A DNA stretch of 55,604 nt, counting the filler, from Catajapyx aquilonaris (Eukaryota), in the NCBI GenBank assembly GCA_000934665.2. It is 2 parts of 2 records of this genome, joined end to end, with 100 filler letters (N's around TTAATTAATTAA, not from the genome) between each part and the next. Parts side by side here need not be neighbours in the genome. Positions count along the whole stretch, not along the records: positions 27,763 to 55,604 come from KZ539270.1; 1 more part is not named here. One strand, written 5' to 3'. Positions 41,301 through 53,465 of this stretch are shown here, one piece after another; positions within the stretch are counted from its first letter, which is position 1; each line of letters opens with the position of its first letter. The notes beneath the pieces were generated by a model. That model saw only the letters and a list, made by a program, of their open reading frames with translations. It did no database searches and was not told the DNA's origin. Made by a program: the position numbers and the translations under genes.

Positions 41301-44300
41301 CATCTTCATTTTGGGGAAAATGCCTATGAGGGTGATGATCGCTGCTTGAGATTGCACAGTTTTCTGTCCCAAGTCGCCATTTTGGAACCTGTTCGTCTCT
41401 CCTAATCGGCCTTAATTCCACCTCTGGGGGAAGATTCCCTTTTTGCTCGATAACCATCATGGGAAAGGGGGCTGAAAGAGGACACCATATTGAGCATGTA
41501 GTTACTGATAGTGGACCGGCAATGTACTACCAAAAGTTTAAAAATTTTGAGTTCACAAACCGCCTACAGTTCAATTTAACAAATCCAAGATGGCCGCCAT
41601 CACGAAGTAGGTGATAAATCAAACGCATTTACATCCCATGATTGCAAATCCGACTATACGAGGCTATCTCTCGTCTCCAACTAATTTCACCCTGTCCACG
41701 TCCCGGTACGTTTGAAATCATTACTCCTAAAGGCAATTTTAATCCTCTATTTGATCTCGCACCTTGTACCTGACCAGACTTCTGTCATAGAACACTCTAA
41801 TACGGGGTCCATAGGATCATAATTCTTTTGGGCAGCCTGCAATTTCCTTCCCCCCCCCCCCCCCCNCAGAGGTGAATGCACTTTTCAACATTTTCACATT
41901 GCAATTAAATGACAAGGGTTGGAATTATGTGACTATTGGTATTCAGTGGAGGCGTGGATCTTTTAAGCTTGGCTAAATCAAGGGGGGGTGTTGTCACCAC
42001 AAAAAGTAAAATGGCTTTGGCATAGGCTGGGTGTGTCCAGCTGGCTTCCACATTTGAAAGGTAAATTTTGGGTGCCTGCTGGCATATGCTGAAAACACTG
42101 AAACAACTGTGCCAAATATTTCGAGACGGTACATTTAAATAGTGCAGCATGAATGACATGTTAGGTACACATATCCTTAATTACTACTCTTCACATAAAT
42201 AAACCCACACAATCAGCACGTGGGTTGGGTATCGTAAACTTCATTTTTTTTTGGGGGGGGGGGGGGTGAAGCACCCTGCATTGCAAGAATTCCAGCTTAA
42301 TGTGGATAATGATGTCGCCATTTTAGTTCTAGCTGAAGCAGAGTGGTCGTCGTAAAACTGAGTTTACGGGTGACCAAACTCGCTTTACATGCATAATAAA
42401 ATGGATCTACACTTCGGGTAACTGGCACTTCAGATTGTACACCCGCTTGTGTCCTGATCAAACACTAATTTTAATGAACTCATACTTGTAATTGCAACAT
42501 TTTGAGCTCCCCAGAATCACTTAGCATAAATCGTTATAATCACCAATTTTCGTGAACTAGTTAGTTTTCCAGGCACATTGACTTAGTTGAAGATTCTGGA
42601 TGGACTCTAGATAGGGTGTGGAAAGTGACTCGGCTCAAGAGTAATGGCAGCAATTAGGCTAAAAGAACAGTACTTGCTTGGGTTTAAATTTATTACCTGC
42701 AATCTCCGAAACATTTATCATTCATATAGAGGACGCAATGTACAAAGGGCATGTTTGTTGACAGCTGGAAAATTAGCAGTTCAAAATATGAGAAATAATG
42801 TGCGTGTGTGATAGCATATTTTTTAAAAAAATCTTAATGTTCACTGCCGCCATTTTGAAACCAGATTTTGCGAAGATACGTCCTGGTGCTAAAGTTAGTG
42901 TCGGTCGGGTCGAACGATCATGCATTTTACATGCGGCCGAAAATTGATTTAGAAACGACGTACGACATTGATTTCAAATAATGTGTTCAGCATTAAAATA
43001 GTTGCAATTGTTGACACTTGTTCTATTCTAAGACCAAATGCATTGTAACATTATACTTGAGTAATGGCAACAACTGCTGACATGCAGACTGTTCATGACA
43101 GAGAAAAATTGACGGAAACGCCTACTCCATAGTTTTCTCCTGTGAAAAATGGACATTTTGCAACAAAAAAAAAATCTAGGCTAGAGCCATAAGTTTCCCA
43201 ACTGCTTTTTCGCGGATTCAAAAAATGCAGATTAGATGCCTTGAATAAGATTGGCTCGACGACAGCTCGACCTGCAACTCAATTCAGGTCCCCCCCAAAA
43301 GACCAGAATGAGTGACGGTTGCCAAATTACAAGGAAACCATACTTGGCACCACCATCCGAATGCTATATTACTAATATTTTCAGATCTCTACAAACCCTA
43401 AGAAGCTCTATCTATGCAAATGTGTATCCTATTATTTCATGAGCTAATTAGCAAAAGCCAGGAAGGAACAAAAGCTCTTTCTTAGTGTATATCGGTCAGG
43501 GCTAGTTGGCACCTCCCAAAATTATATATTTAAAATGGGGGGGGGGGGGGGTTCTCTGCGATGGAGCGACGCCAGTGCAAGAATGCGTGCGATGCCCTCA
43601 AGGTATGACAATGAGCGTCACGGCCTGCTACCTTTTTTGAAACTCTATCCGACCACACACGGTAGCGATTAAATTCCTACCAGGTTAGTGAACCGCTCAC
43701 ACGAAGCCAATTTGTGTATGGCCCACAATCTGATCTAGTAGGTGAGAATTGCAACTATATCTATAGTGACAGGTAGTTTTGTAGTTCTCTAACTGGGCAC
43801 TAAAGTACAGAGGAACACTGGCGCCATATCTAATACATATTGCTCAACTTATGTCTGGATGTTCCCAATGCAAATCAATACGGAGGCCTCTACATATGCC
43901 CCAGGGGGTTCATTAGGGGTAGTTTTTAACGGGGAAGGTTTTTAGCACATTGGATTTGACCTCCGAGGTCATCCTTGGCCGCAGGGGCGACCAGGAGGTG
44001 GCTGTGAGGTGGTTGAAATCCTGCTGATATCTGGGGCCAAAACCTCAGTCTATAAATCTTCACGAGTTGGTGAAACGCCTACCGGAAGCCCGGTTTTTAA
44101 GTCAGCCAGTGCAAGGCAGAACGTACTGTTGGCATCATTGCCAAGTAGTTAATCACATCTGCCTCACTTGAATATCCTTGCGCACCTCATGAAGGCTCAT
44201 CTGTTGGGATTACCTTCCCGGTGGTGCGCAGAGAGAAGGAGTCGTCGTCACCTATGAAACACCCGCTAATTTTCCGGTCTGCCACTTGAGCCCGCCAATC

Positions 44301-47300
44301 TCGCGACCCCTCGCCACCCAAAACCCCTTCTCAACCCACCTAAAAAACATGGTTGCCGACAAAAGAGGTCAGCAATTCCGCCCACCTGGACACACTTGGC
44401 AACTGAATAGGCGCCTATCATTAATTGCAGAGCTTTATTTGTGGACCCTGTACATTCCAGTTCGAGACACTGTTTTTTTTTCACTCTCAAATAAGTATAT
44501 AAGTGGAGCGGTGGAATCTTTTAAGATAAAGAATATGTCTTGATCGTACACCAAACGGTAGGAGATTTTATGAGCCATTCGCATTCCTATGAGCCAACCA
44601 CCTTTTGAAGATGGAGACTTCTTGCATGCCTCTGCATGAAGATTGAAGACATTGTCGGAGGGACTGCTGACACTAAATCAATCACAAGTTTTATTATATG
44701 CAACTTTGATAGAGTAGTACTTGTGGTATTTATGTGAAAGGAAGGTTAATGACAAAATGTGCAACACTTTGTAGGGTGGTATTCGACACTATAAACAATA
44801 ATTATTAAAAATCTGTAGTTAGCCAATATATCGGCTAGCAACACTATATCGATTCACAAACGTACTACAACTTGATCACCAACCTCTAATTACATTGTGA
44901 GATAATCCCATACAAGCATTACCCGGTATGCCCGCAATCTCGTGCAAGCCTCCGACGTTGAGTAACGATTTTGGCGCACCCTGCAAACGGGCCAACGCTA
45001 ATTACTTGGCCAAATATGACCAAATGAATTCGCTCCAAATGACTGTTTTTTTTAAATAAACGGGATTCTCGAAGGCGCCAAAAAAAATTTCAATTACAGT
45101 AGTTATCTGGTGTATCTTAATGACAACGGCAATTCCAAGTTGGAGGCGTTGAGAATTAAGTGATAAAGTTGTGAGCCAAGTGCAAATGAATTTTTGGTGT
45201 TGGAAAAAAAAGAAATGCGGCATGACCTCACAAGAAAATTGAAATTGTGCCCGACAGCTATAAATCGTGGCTCTCTAGAGAGTTATTACGTTCTTAAAAA
45301 TTATGAAGGGCAATTATCTCACACGTAGGGTTCATCGGGTGATATTTCCCTTTACGACTTCGTTAGTCAGGCCAAATCCGTCGGATTGTGTATGATGAGC
45401 TTAGAATTTATGAATCAAAAAGTACAAGGTGTCGCTCCAACCATTGCTGTCAAGCATTATTCAAAAATTATTGCTCCGTAATTACACGACTTTCCAGCCC
45501 AGTTTTGCGGTTAACCTGTGCCCTTCTTGCAATTTTTTTTGGGGCGGATAGACGTGTGAATTTATGACACTTTTGCAAGGATGTCATGATAGTGAAAACG
45601 CATAAAAATATTTATGGTTATGTACAGTGTAAATAAAATAATTTGATATAAAACATGGGTACATTTTAATGAGTTTTTCCTATGTCTTTAAAAAATAATG
45701 AACCTGCTAAATCAAATATTTATACAACCACAATGTGCCATAATTTGACAATGGCTACCTTTAAAAAAAGCCAGTTACTAACTAGACTCTTCCATTAGAG
45801 ACCTGCTTATTTTCAGAGACTATGAATATAAATTTTTATTCCAGCTACCTTTTTACAATAGGGACCTTGTTGCCGGAATGTAAAAGACACATCATTATCC
45901 CCCATCCATTTGGTTTCTTTCCGAAAAAGGAGATTGTGGGCAGGAACGGACGGTCCTTCCACTTCATTAACAAGAATAATAAAGGCTTTAATGATGCTTT
46001 TTTGTCATACTCAAAAAGGAATGGCGCCAATGAAAAGTACACACTTTTTCGTCTTGAAAACAATCTGTAAGAATTCGACAGGAAAATCCAATTTGTGTCG
46101 AAAATCCGTTGGGGGGGGGGGGCAAATTAAATATTTCGTCAGAGTTAATTTCCCAATTATTTTGTCCAAACATTGTTTAAAAATATTGTTCTTCAAACTG
46201 TTATATTCACGTCGAAATAATATACTCCAACCAAATATTAGCCTGGAGAGCCACCCATATTACAAAATGGCTCCTTCATGTCCCTCCTTGAACCAAGGAC
46301 AAGTACTCTTGGAGTCTCTGAGAAGACAACAAACATTCGGGTCACGTAGGCACAAGAATGGCAGCGTGTGAAGAGATGAGAGAGAAATGGCATTTCTCCT
46401 GTGAAGAGAGAAGAAGAAGAAGCCAAAGCATCTCCTAGCATCCGATATTGGAAATTCCAAATTTAAACTTCCCACAAGAGAATAAAAGTCGCGAAGGGGT
46501 CGTGATGGATGAGAAATGGAGGAATGGAAAGCATTCCTTCGGCTTCCAACTTCCCTTCAACACAACAATAGTCCTTGCATTTGCGGATCACAAGTCTAGT
46601 GATAGATGCTGATGGAAAGTCGCAGGACCCGAGGGATTCTAGCCTTATTGCCAATTTTTGCAAGGATTCCAGTTTATATGCGAATTCTGGATATCCCAAC
46701 CAATGTCAACAAATTCTGCTCACACTACTATAGCTTAATCTAATATTAGTAGTTGCGAAAACCGTTCGTGTTTAGTCTTTAGTCGCTTGGGAATCAACCG
46801 ACAGCCTTTATCGAGCTAACATTTCCTATACATCCTCTGCTTATCTCCAGAGCAGGCGATTAACCCCAAAAATTTTGTAGATGCTCGTAAATCCAGCAAC
46901 TAGTCCTGCAGTAAAATTCCTTGCTCTGAATGGCGCAACATACCACGTTTCTTATTTTTAGAAAAGAATGCCCATATTTTACCCAAAATTAACGGAGGCA
47001 AGTATATGGCCCCTGTTTTATGAACAATAAAAAGTTCTGCACAAGTTCTTCAGTATATTTCAAAGAATGTCTCACCTGCGGCGCTGAAGGTGTCCTTCCC
47101 AAACTTTTGCACAACATACGAGTACAGAAGCCCGTAACTGAGATGCAGCCCATGCGTGATGACCTGCACACACATCGCGCACACAACAACAATCCAACCC
47201 CAACCACCTTCAGGGTAATAATGCTGCCTGATGGTCGCATTCTTATCATCCCCTTTGCCCTTTTGTCCTTGCTTTCCACTGACTCTGCAGTCCTCCACAA

Positions 47301-47613
47301 GAAGCACATCCTCTAACAAACCGCTGGGTAGGTCACTCTGCAGGTCACTCCCTATCCCACTGGGTTGGTCACTCACCACCCCGCTGCTGGGGTTGTCACT
47401 TCCAACCCCTGAGTCTTTGGCATGTGAGCTTTGGCCACTTTGGATGCTGTCGTTGCGCTTGAGAGGCGGTTTGCCCACGGCTAGGTCATCCGAGGGCAGG
47501 GACTTTGAGCGGGTCAGGATAGCCCGTGCTTTGGCCCTTAGGGCTGGCTGCATCACCGCCGTGCTCATCCCCCCGCCACGGACAGCAACCGACGCTGGCA
47601 GTTTACGTGGCAT
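31508..47613 (-). CDS. SLC16 / monocarboxylate transporter-like MFS protein, about 758 aa, 6 coding exons
   Basis: Exons (minus strand): 47613-47076, 35032-34847, 34221-34074, 33776-33500, 32690-32309, 32253-31508; total 2277 nt with consistent phases. MCT signatures YYPEGGWGW, LLSP..RRKSTRLTAVLGG, GQYFKRRR and GWRLGL, plus a long acidic/Gln-rich C-terminal tail. The start could instead be the next in-frame ATG (MSTAVM). Confidence 0.92.
37121..37292. repeat. (TATAGG)n/(CCTATA)n microsatellite arranged as overlapping palindromes
   Basis: Orientation flips twice; gcttagt..ggtata (37121-), ctatactaagcc (about 37163-37174) and ggcttagtataggta (to 37292) are mutually complementary. Confidence 0.9.
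37945..38287. repeat. About 152-160-bp tandem core repeat (about 2.2 copies) between (GTAGCA)n and (AAT)n microsatellites
   Basis: Units beginning tttgtgat at 37945, 38097 and 38257; shared blocks gttccctagg, gatcggc..ttaggtca.gagttatgcggtgttgccaac. Confidence 0.8.
38315..38368. repeat. (AAT)18 microsatellite
   Basis: Pure trinucleotide run. Confidence 0.97.
39103..39208. repeat. Two abutting AT-rich palindromes
   Basis: catgtgtacatattttt..tatgaattac-tt-gtaattcataaaaaatatgtacacatg (39103-39160), then gattgagtttc...gaaactcaatc (39160-39208). Confidence 0.85.
40521..40650. repeat. 22-bp minisatellite (gatgtgcgtactgtgagtgtac), about 5.5 copies, built from an 11-mer
   Basis: Units at 40521, 40543, 40565, 40587 and 40609. 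Confidence 0.92.
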
Positions 47614-47763
47614 CCGGAAGGAACAACGGCTCCTGCTCCATCGCACTATCTGGTTGTTGCACCGACATTACGCGCACTCAACACCGTCGACTCATGGATA
47701 CACATCCTGATGCTGTATGGTGAGGAGCATCCAAGGTGTACATTAGAACCCGGTCCAAACTTG

Positions 47764-47935
47764 CCCGTTTACACGACGCCATCAGCCACGTGGCTTTCTG
47801 CGTGCTTGGCTGCAGCCAATCAGACACCAGGCCACCGCGTGGGACTCCCTACGCGCTTGGCTGCAGCCAATCAGAAACCAGGCCACCACGTGGCGCTTCA
47901 TACACTGTGGCTAGCAGCGACCTCGTGTAAATGGG
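47764..47935. mobile_element. MITE (Harbinger/Tourist-like TIR) with a 51-bp internal duplication
   Basis: TIRs cccgtttacacgacg and cctcgtgtaaatggg (13/15 match); two copies of gcttggctgcagccaatcaga.accaggccacc at 47804 and 47855. Confidence 0.65.
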
Positions 47936-48787
47936 ACTATCCAACCGTATGAGTCAGAATAAATTGTTCCGCCTCCAACTTCTAACCGTCCCATTGTTAT
48001 CGGAGCGTCCCCTGGGTGGTCTTGAACAAACCTTGTAAATAAAAGCATGCCTGACAAGTTTCACCATGAAAACCCATTTTATCCAGCGGTAGAAGACATG
48101 TCTGCTGTCACCTGATCGTAAGTTTCCCGCACTCAAATGGAGGTAAACACACCCACAAGTAGACACGCTTTATCGCCCTGATACCAGAAATTTTTTGGAG
48201 CAACCTAGGCCTAATGCTGGTTACATGTCGTGCATGTTTCTTATCATCCTGACTGCTTTTTTACTCTCGAAAAATACAGTGTGCTCGGCATTAATAGGAT
48301 AGGTCAAGGTACAGGGTGATTCATATATTGCACCATTGGTTCCATCAGTGTTAGAGGGCCATCACAATTTTTCATATTGTCAATAAAAAACTTTGTGTTT
48401 GTGGTCAAACTTTTCCATTGGTAACCCACTGGGTGCCATTTAAACTTTTGATTCAACTTTTCGTCTCAATTCCTGCCACCTTGTACAACCCCTGGCGCCG
48501 CTTAAGGAAGTGAGAATCTTCATTCTTGACCCCTACGTGGTATGTATGTATGGAGCCAAATTACCTCTTCGTGGCATCAGCTCTTCCCACAGGCGGCAAT
48601 TACTACCCGTGCCATTGTCCTCCGTCCGTGAAAAAGGGGTGCGAGCTCCCTCTAAACATGGCCGCGTTTGGAATTTTAAACGCCCTCTGGTGTTCATCTC
48701 CACATAAGGGTTCAGTGTGAAAATACGAACCTTTTATCATCGTAAATATCACTCAATTTCGCCAATCTAATCTTCAGCACACATCCG

Positions 48788-48996
48788 GGAGGCATAGAGG
48801 CAAAGACCAAATGGTTCCCGCAACCGGCCTACCTACTCTCATAGGTTTTTGTATCCGCTGAAGATACGGCTGTATCCGCTGAAGATACGGCTGTATCCGC
48901 TGAAGATACGGCTGTATCCGCAAGGAAGGAAGGTTAGGTTAGGGCAAGGGTTAGCGCCCGTTGCGGGGACCACTTGGGGTTTGCAAATATGCATCC
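48788..48996. mobile_element. MITE-like element with a 21-bp internal tandem repeat and a short TTAGG tract
   Basis: Imperfect TIR gga(g/t)gcata...gcaaa.accaa.tggt.cccgcaac; tgtatccgctgaagatacggc x3.4 at 48850-48921; aggttaggttaggg. Confidence 0.65.
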
Positions 48997-50516
48997 GGGA
49001 GCCATAATTTGGTACTCAGCTAAAATTTACTGCTATGCTATTCGGCTCTGAAAAATCCAGGCTTTTTGGGCCGCCATTTTTACGCTGTATGTATAGCTGG
49101 ATTTGACTTGTTTTCGGACCCGTTTCTGCAGGTCCGGCCACGTAGCTTTTGTCAGCAAGTCGTTGTTAGATATTTTATTAGATTAAGCCGCCACCGGAGG
49201 CCCACCAAGGGCGATAATCATGACAGACGTAATGAGAGTCACTTTTGGCGGGAAAGGAGGCATGGTTCCCTGCTGATGGCGGATGGAAAACTATACAGAC
49301 TAGGATTTACAGCCAGGATCTTGTATAAGGGTAGCCATTTTTGACGATGCCATAAAGAGCGTTGGCCTATTTTTTGAAAGCGGGGCCCCAGCATGGCAGT
49401 AATGTCGACGTCACCCGGTAATTATTATGAAGTAGGACCCGTTAACTCATCTTTTTTGCTCGAAAAAATAGTGCAAGTTTATTTATGTAGTTTTCAGAAG
49501 GGATATGATGGGGGTTGTTGACATGCAAGAAATTGCGTGCTAGCAGCATGTAAGATAGGAGCAGTTGTAAACCACATCATCAGCATAGTAACTCATCATG
49601 AGGGGTAATAAAAGTTCAGGAGTTTTAATGCCTAGCTTGTTTGTTTTTAAATAACACCACCCCCCCCCCNGCCATAATAATATTCCTACAAGACACAGAA
49701 CCTGTTCGCACAAAAGCATACGAGGCAACAAATAAATCAGTGAATCTGGTTTAAGCAGTGGGAATAATTACTGTATCGGAGATTACAAAAATATTTGCGC
49801 AAAAATTTTGATCAAAAAGTGTGTGAAAAACCAGACGCGGCGTTCTTTGCAGAACCGCAGGTAGTCATTATCTTATGGACATAAATTGAAGCGTAATTAT
49901 GTGAGAATAATTTATATGTACCATGGTGCAAATCATAATTGGCAAATTCTAAATTACGGCGCCAAAAACCCAGGCTAATTGACCCCACAAATCTATTGTA
50001 CTCCATATGTATGAAAATAGATATAAAAAATAGATAATGGCACAAAAATGCGTCATCAAGTCCAGGAAATTTAGATTTTACACGCCCGTCTCGAGGGAAT
50101 GTTAAATTTTTACTGTCAAGCCCTCTTAGGCAATGCAAATCTAGCATGAAGCTACGCCATTTGAATAGCATTATTTCCTGGGGCCCCCAAAGCTTCACGG
50201 CAGTTTAGTACAAAAAGTGCGAAATTCACGCACGTATCTCGCATTAATCCTTAGAAAACCAATCCGATGTGACAGTTTGATTTTTACGTCCCTACAGTTC
50301 AGTCCTTTACGTCCTAGAGATAGACACTCCGATATGCCTATTCTGACTGCGCGGAATTAAATAAACTACACTGTTCAAGTTGGACTTAAATGTTGCTTTA
50401 TAGCCAAAATAGGACTGAACATGAGCAGACCAAAATGAGATCTAACAATAAATTTCTTAATTTTTATATATTTTTAATTTTAATTTTTTACCTCCTTGTT
50501 TCAAGACGGATGGAAT

Positions 50517-50740
50517 CAGTGGCGGATCCAGCAAGTTTTTCTAGGGGGGGGGGGTGCAGGGCCCGCCGCAGGCGAAAAAATTTTCGGTTCTAGATCACAA
50601 CCCTTCCTTGTGACCCCAAATTTGGGGCAAAAAGGAAAATAACCCATAGAACAGTGAAATTTTGCACTGTTCTAGAGGATTTTTGCGAGTTCCCCCCCCN
50701 NNNNNNNNNNNNNNNCCCCCCCCCCCTGGATCCCCCCCTG
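50517..50740. mobile_element. Non-autonomous hAT-type MITE
   Basis: TIRs cagtggcggatccag and ctggatccccccctg; 8-bp TSD gatggaat (50509-50516) / gatggcat (50741-50748); contains a 16-N gap. Confidence 0.8.
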
Positions 50741-50748
50741 GATGGCAT

Positions 50749-50819
50749 ACAGTGGCAAGGGGATGACAGATGTCAAAGCATTACTCTTCGCCGACGATAT
50801 TGTGCTATTAGCCGATAAT
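50749..50819 (+). mobile_element. Non-LTR retrotransposon reverse transcriptase fragment
   Basis: Translates to GMTDVKALLFADDIVLLADN, matching the (Y/F)ADD catalytic motif context of LINE RTs; lies immediately right of the hAT MITE. Confidence 0.6.
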
Positions 50820-52712
50820 AAATTAAATTTCTTAATATTTCATATGAAAATGAAAATCCAATATGGCGGCCATCTTGAATTTAGCGTTAGTAAATTGCAA
50901 TTAAACTTAATAAAATTGGATGATGATCTTTTAGGGTCCGGTTTCTGGATGACCCCTACCATTTAACCCTTCTGGGACCGACTACCGAAATGTAACCTGT
51001 ACCGGTAAGGAAAAAAAAACTACCCCCAGTCGTAGTAACAGCATCCGGGTTCATTTTTGAAGACAAACGGAAACCCCAAGGCGCAAATCCAGGATCCGAT
51101 TTACAAGCACGAATTCCGAGGTAGATGTTTGCCTCTCGAGTGTGCTCTATTTGCTCTCTAGCTAGTAAGAGAAAAAAAACTATAGAAATGACGGAGAAGC
51201 TAAGGGGGAAAAAATAGTTGAATTCTGGCCCTAGGCCATGATACACACTTTTCATCCATTATGATTTCTGGCCTTCCAGATGTATTTATGTTGGGTGTTA
51301 AGGGGCACCCGGATGAGAGATACAAGTGCAAGTTCCCGTCGTAAGTAAATCTTTCAGTTAACGCTCCGAATAATTGGGGGCATCGAAATATTGTTTCTGA
51401 CTCCAGAATTATACACTGAACTGTGGTGGGAATTTATGTGTTGAAGGAAATACGTCATAGTTCATATTTTGGATGACCAAACAACCAGGTAAATAATATT
51501 AACCTAAATAGCAATGAAATTGTTATGAAACAGACATGCAAATCAGTAAAAAATTATAGTTTTTAAAAAACAAATAGGTAAATATTTTCTCACATTTCGT
51601 ATAGTTTATTCCAATTATCACATTAGTGCTAACACTGCTAAGTGGTTTAGCATGTACAATCCTTGCCCCATGGAAATGTAAACACTATTCTAAACAACAG
51701 TATACCATTAGTTGGCCAGTGCAAATCATTGAAGGGTGCAATTATAGGTAATTAGTTTGCAACTACCTGGGTTGACTTATGTTAAATAAATTCCCCAAAG
51801 ATATTTACACAAGTAGACTAACCGGAATACCTAATTATTAGCTTAAACGTGATTTGCAAATTTTTTAGCTTGTTCCAGACTACGCAAAAAAGCTGAATGA
51901 TTGACACGACAATGCACTTTGTGATGCCCGACATTTACGTTATTGTACTGGATAATTACTAATGTGTTTCGATTGTTCCCAGCAGGTTACCAATATTTTA
52001 AGCACTAGGAGTCACCTAAAATTATGAATATGACGTACAGCTTCCTTTCTGGCACATACATTATTTCGCTTACGAACTTAGTTCTTAAAATGAGAGAACC
52101 TAGGTCTGGAAGTTGTAAAACACGAGTGGGGCTGGAAGTGGTTGGCAGAAAAAAATGGGATTAAAACTATGAGCGGCTATATTCATAGTGTGCAGATTTT
52201 CAAAGCACGTAACCCAATAAAAAGACCGAGATGAAACTGTAACGAAAGCCATCATTTTCGTTGAATTCCTTACCTGGCTGCATGCACGAAATGCATGATG
52301 TGAAATTACCCATTTTTGTGAAATGTGGGCCAAAATATTATATTCGTCTCCTATTAGACAAGTCGCAGATTTTTTTTTTTTGAAAAATCAACATAAATAG
52401 TGTTTGTTCACATGTTTTGCAAAAATCAGTGCACAGTGATTGAAAGAGCATAATTTTCAGTGACGTCACAACTGACATATTGAGGACAAATTCCATGACG
52501 CCTTATGCACACGGTTCTGTATTAAATATGAACCAGTTGCCGGAGCAATAATTGAGGACACTCCACTATGTAATTAAATGCACGAAAGGCACTTTGTACG
52601 TCACGAATCATCGATTTCCAACACTACGTAACACCTGTTCATATACTGTACACACATCAACAATACTCCGTCCTAATTACACACCCGTACTAATAATAGT
52701 CACACTACTCAC

Positions 52713-52971
52713 ATTCTGGTCCGGTAAAAGCTATTTGGGGTTATCCGTTTTGTAAATAATAATATTACACGTCTGGCAATTCCTAAAAATATTCTTAAGA
52801 ACCAGGCCTAGGATGTCAACACATGCTATACACTTTCACTATAATCACTGCCCTAAATGAGTTTCTGTACACCTTCGATGCTCGTACCACCTGTCGCACA
52901 TGTCACAATGCACTCCGGTCCATGCCTACCTACTGACTGATGCAAACCCGCACATAGCCCGCTGGGTTATA
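52713..52971 (-). promoter_or_regulatory. Candidate MCT core promoter and non-coding first exon
   Basis: Minus-strand TATAA (52971-52967), arthropod Inr TCAGT about 33 nt downstream (52940-52936), donor AAT|gtgagt at 52712, and a matching acceptor ccatacag at 47713 ahead of the first coding exon. Confidence 0.45.
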
Positions 52972-53345
52972 GGCAGCCTCAGAAGGGGCAAAAAGAAGGC
53001 AACCTGCGCGGTCACGTTTTTGAGAGTACAGGGTCCTCCAAAATGGAGTCGGGCTCACAGGGGCTTCTATTCCACTCTGAGGCTGCGGCTAGATTGAGAT
53101 GGGGCTGGCTCCCAACTTCGGGGCATAAAAAGGCTACGTCATACAGGCAAGGCAAGGCAGGGAATGGGACTCATGAGGGCCCAGGATATTGTAGGAGCAT
53201 ATTTTTTCATACGAATATTTATCAATATATCAAGTGATTAGAAAGTAATTAATAGTTACAGATAGTATTATATTATACAATGGTCAACGCAATTTAGATC
53301 AAAATGTGACGATCTGCCAATAGGCATTGGGTGGTAGGTGAGAGT

Positions 53346-53465
53346 GCGCCTTTCTTCGGAGGGGAAGTAAAACTGTCGGTCCCGTGTGCTTGTGCGCGCG
53401 AGTGCACGTTAAAGATCCCCAGAGTGGCCAAATTTCCAGGAGGAGGACCACCCCCTGGCGTCGGC
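53346..53465 (+). mobile_element. Deu/Nin-domain SINE relic
   Basis: ttcggaggggaagtaaaactgtcggtcccg...gtgcacgttaaagatcccc.gagtggccaaatttcc resembles the conserved central Deu/Nin domain as recalled from DeuSINE and tick Ruka-like SINEs; no tRNA head seen. Confidence 0.55.

Noticed and set aside
46260..46699. LINE C-terminal-like phrases LESLQKLAIR and SLHRRNAISL on the minus strand
   Set aside because: Spacing between the two phrases is too long and no other RT motifs are nearby.
50963..50985. piggyBac-like left end TTAACCCTTCTGGGACCG
   Set aside because: No matching right TIR with TTAA found in the window.
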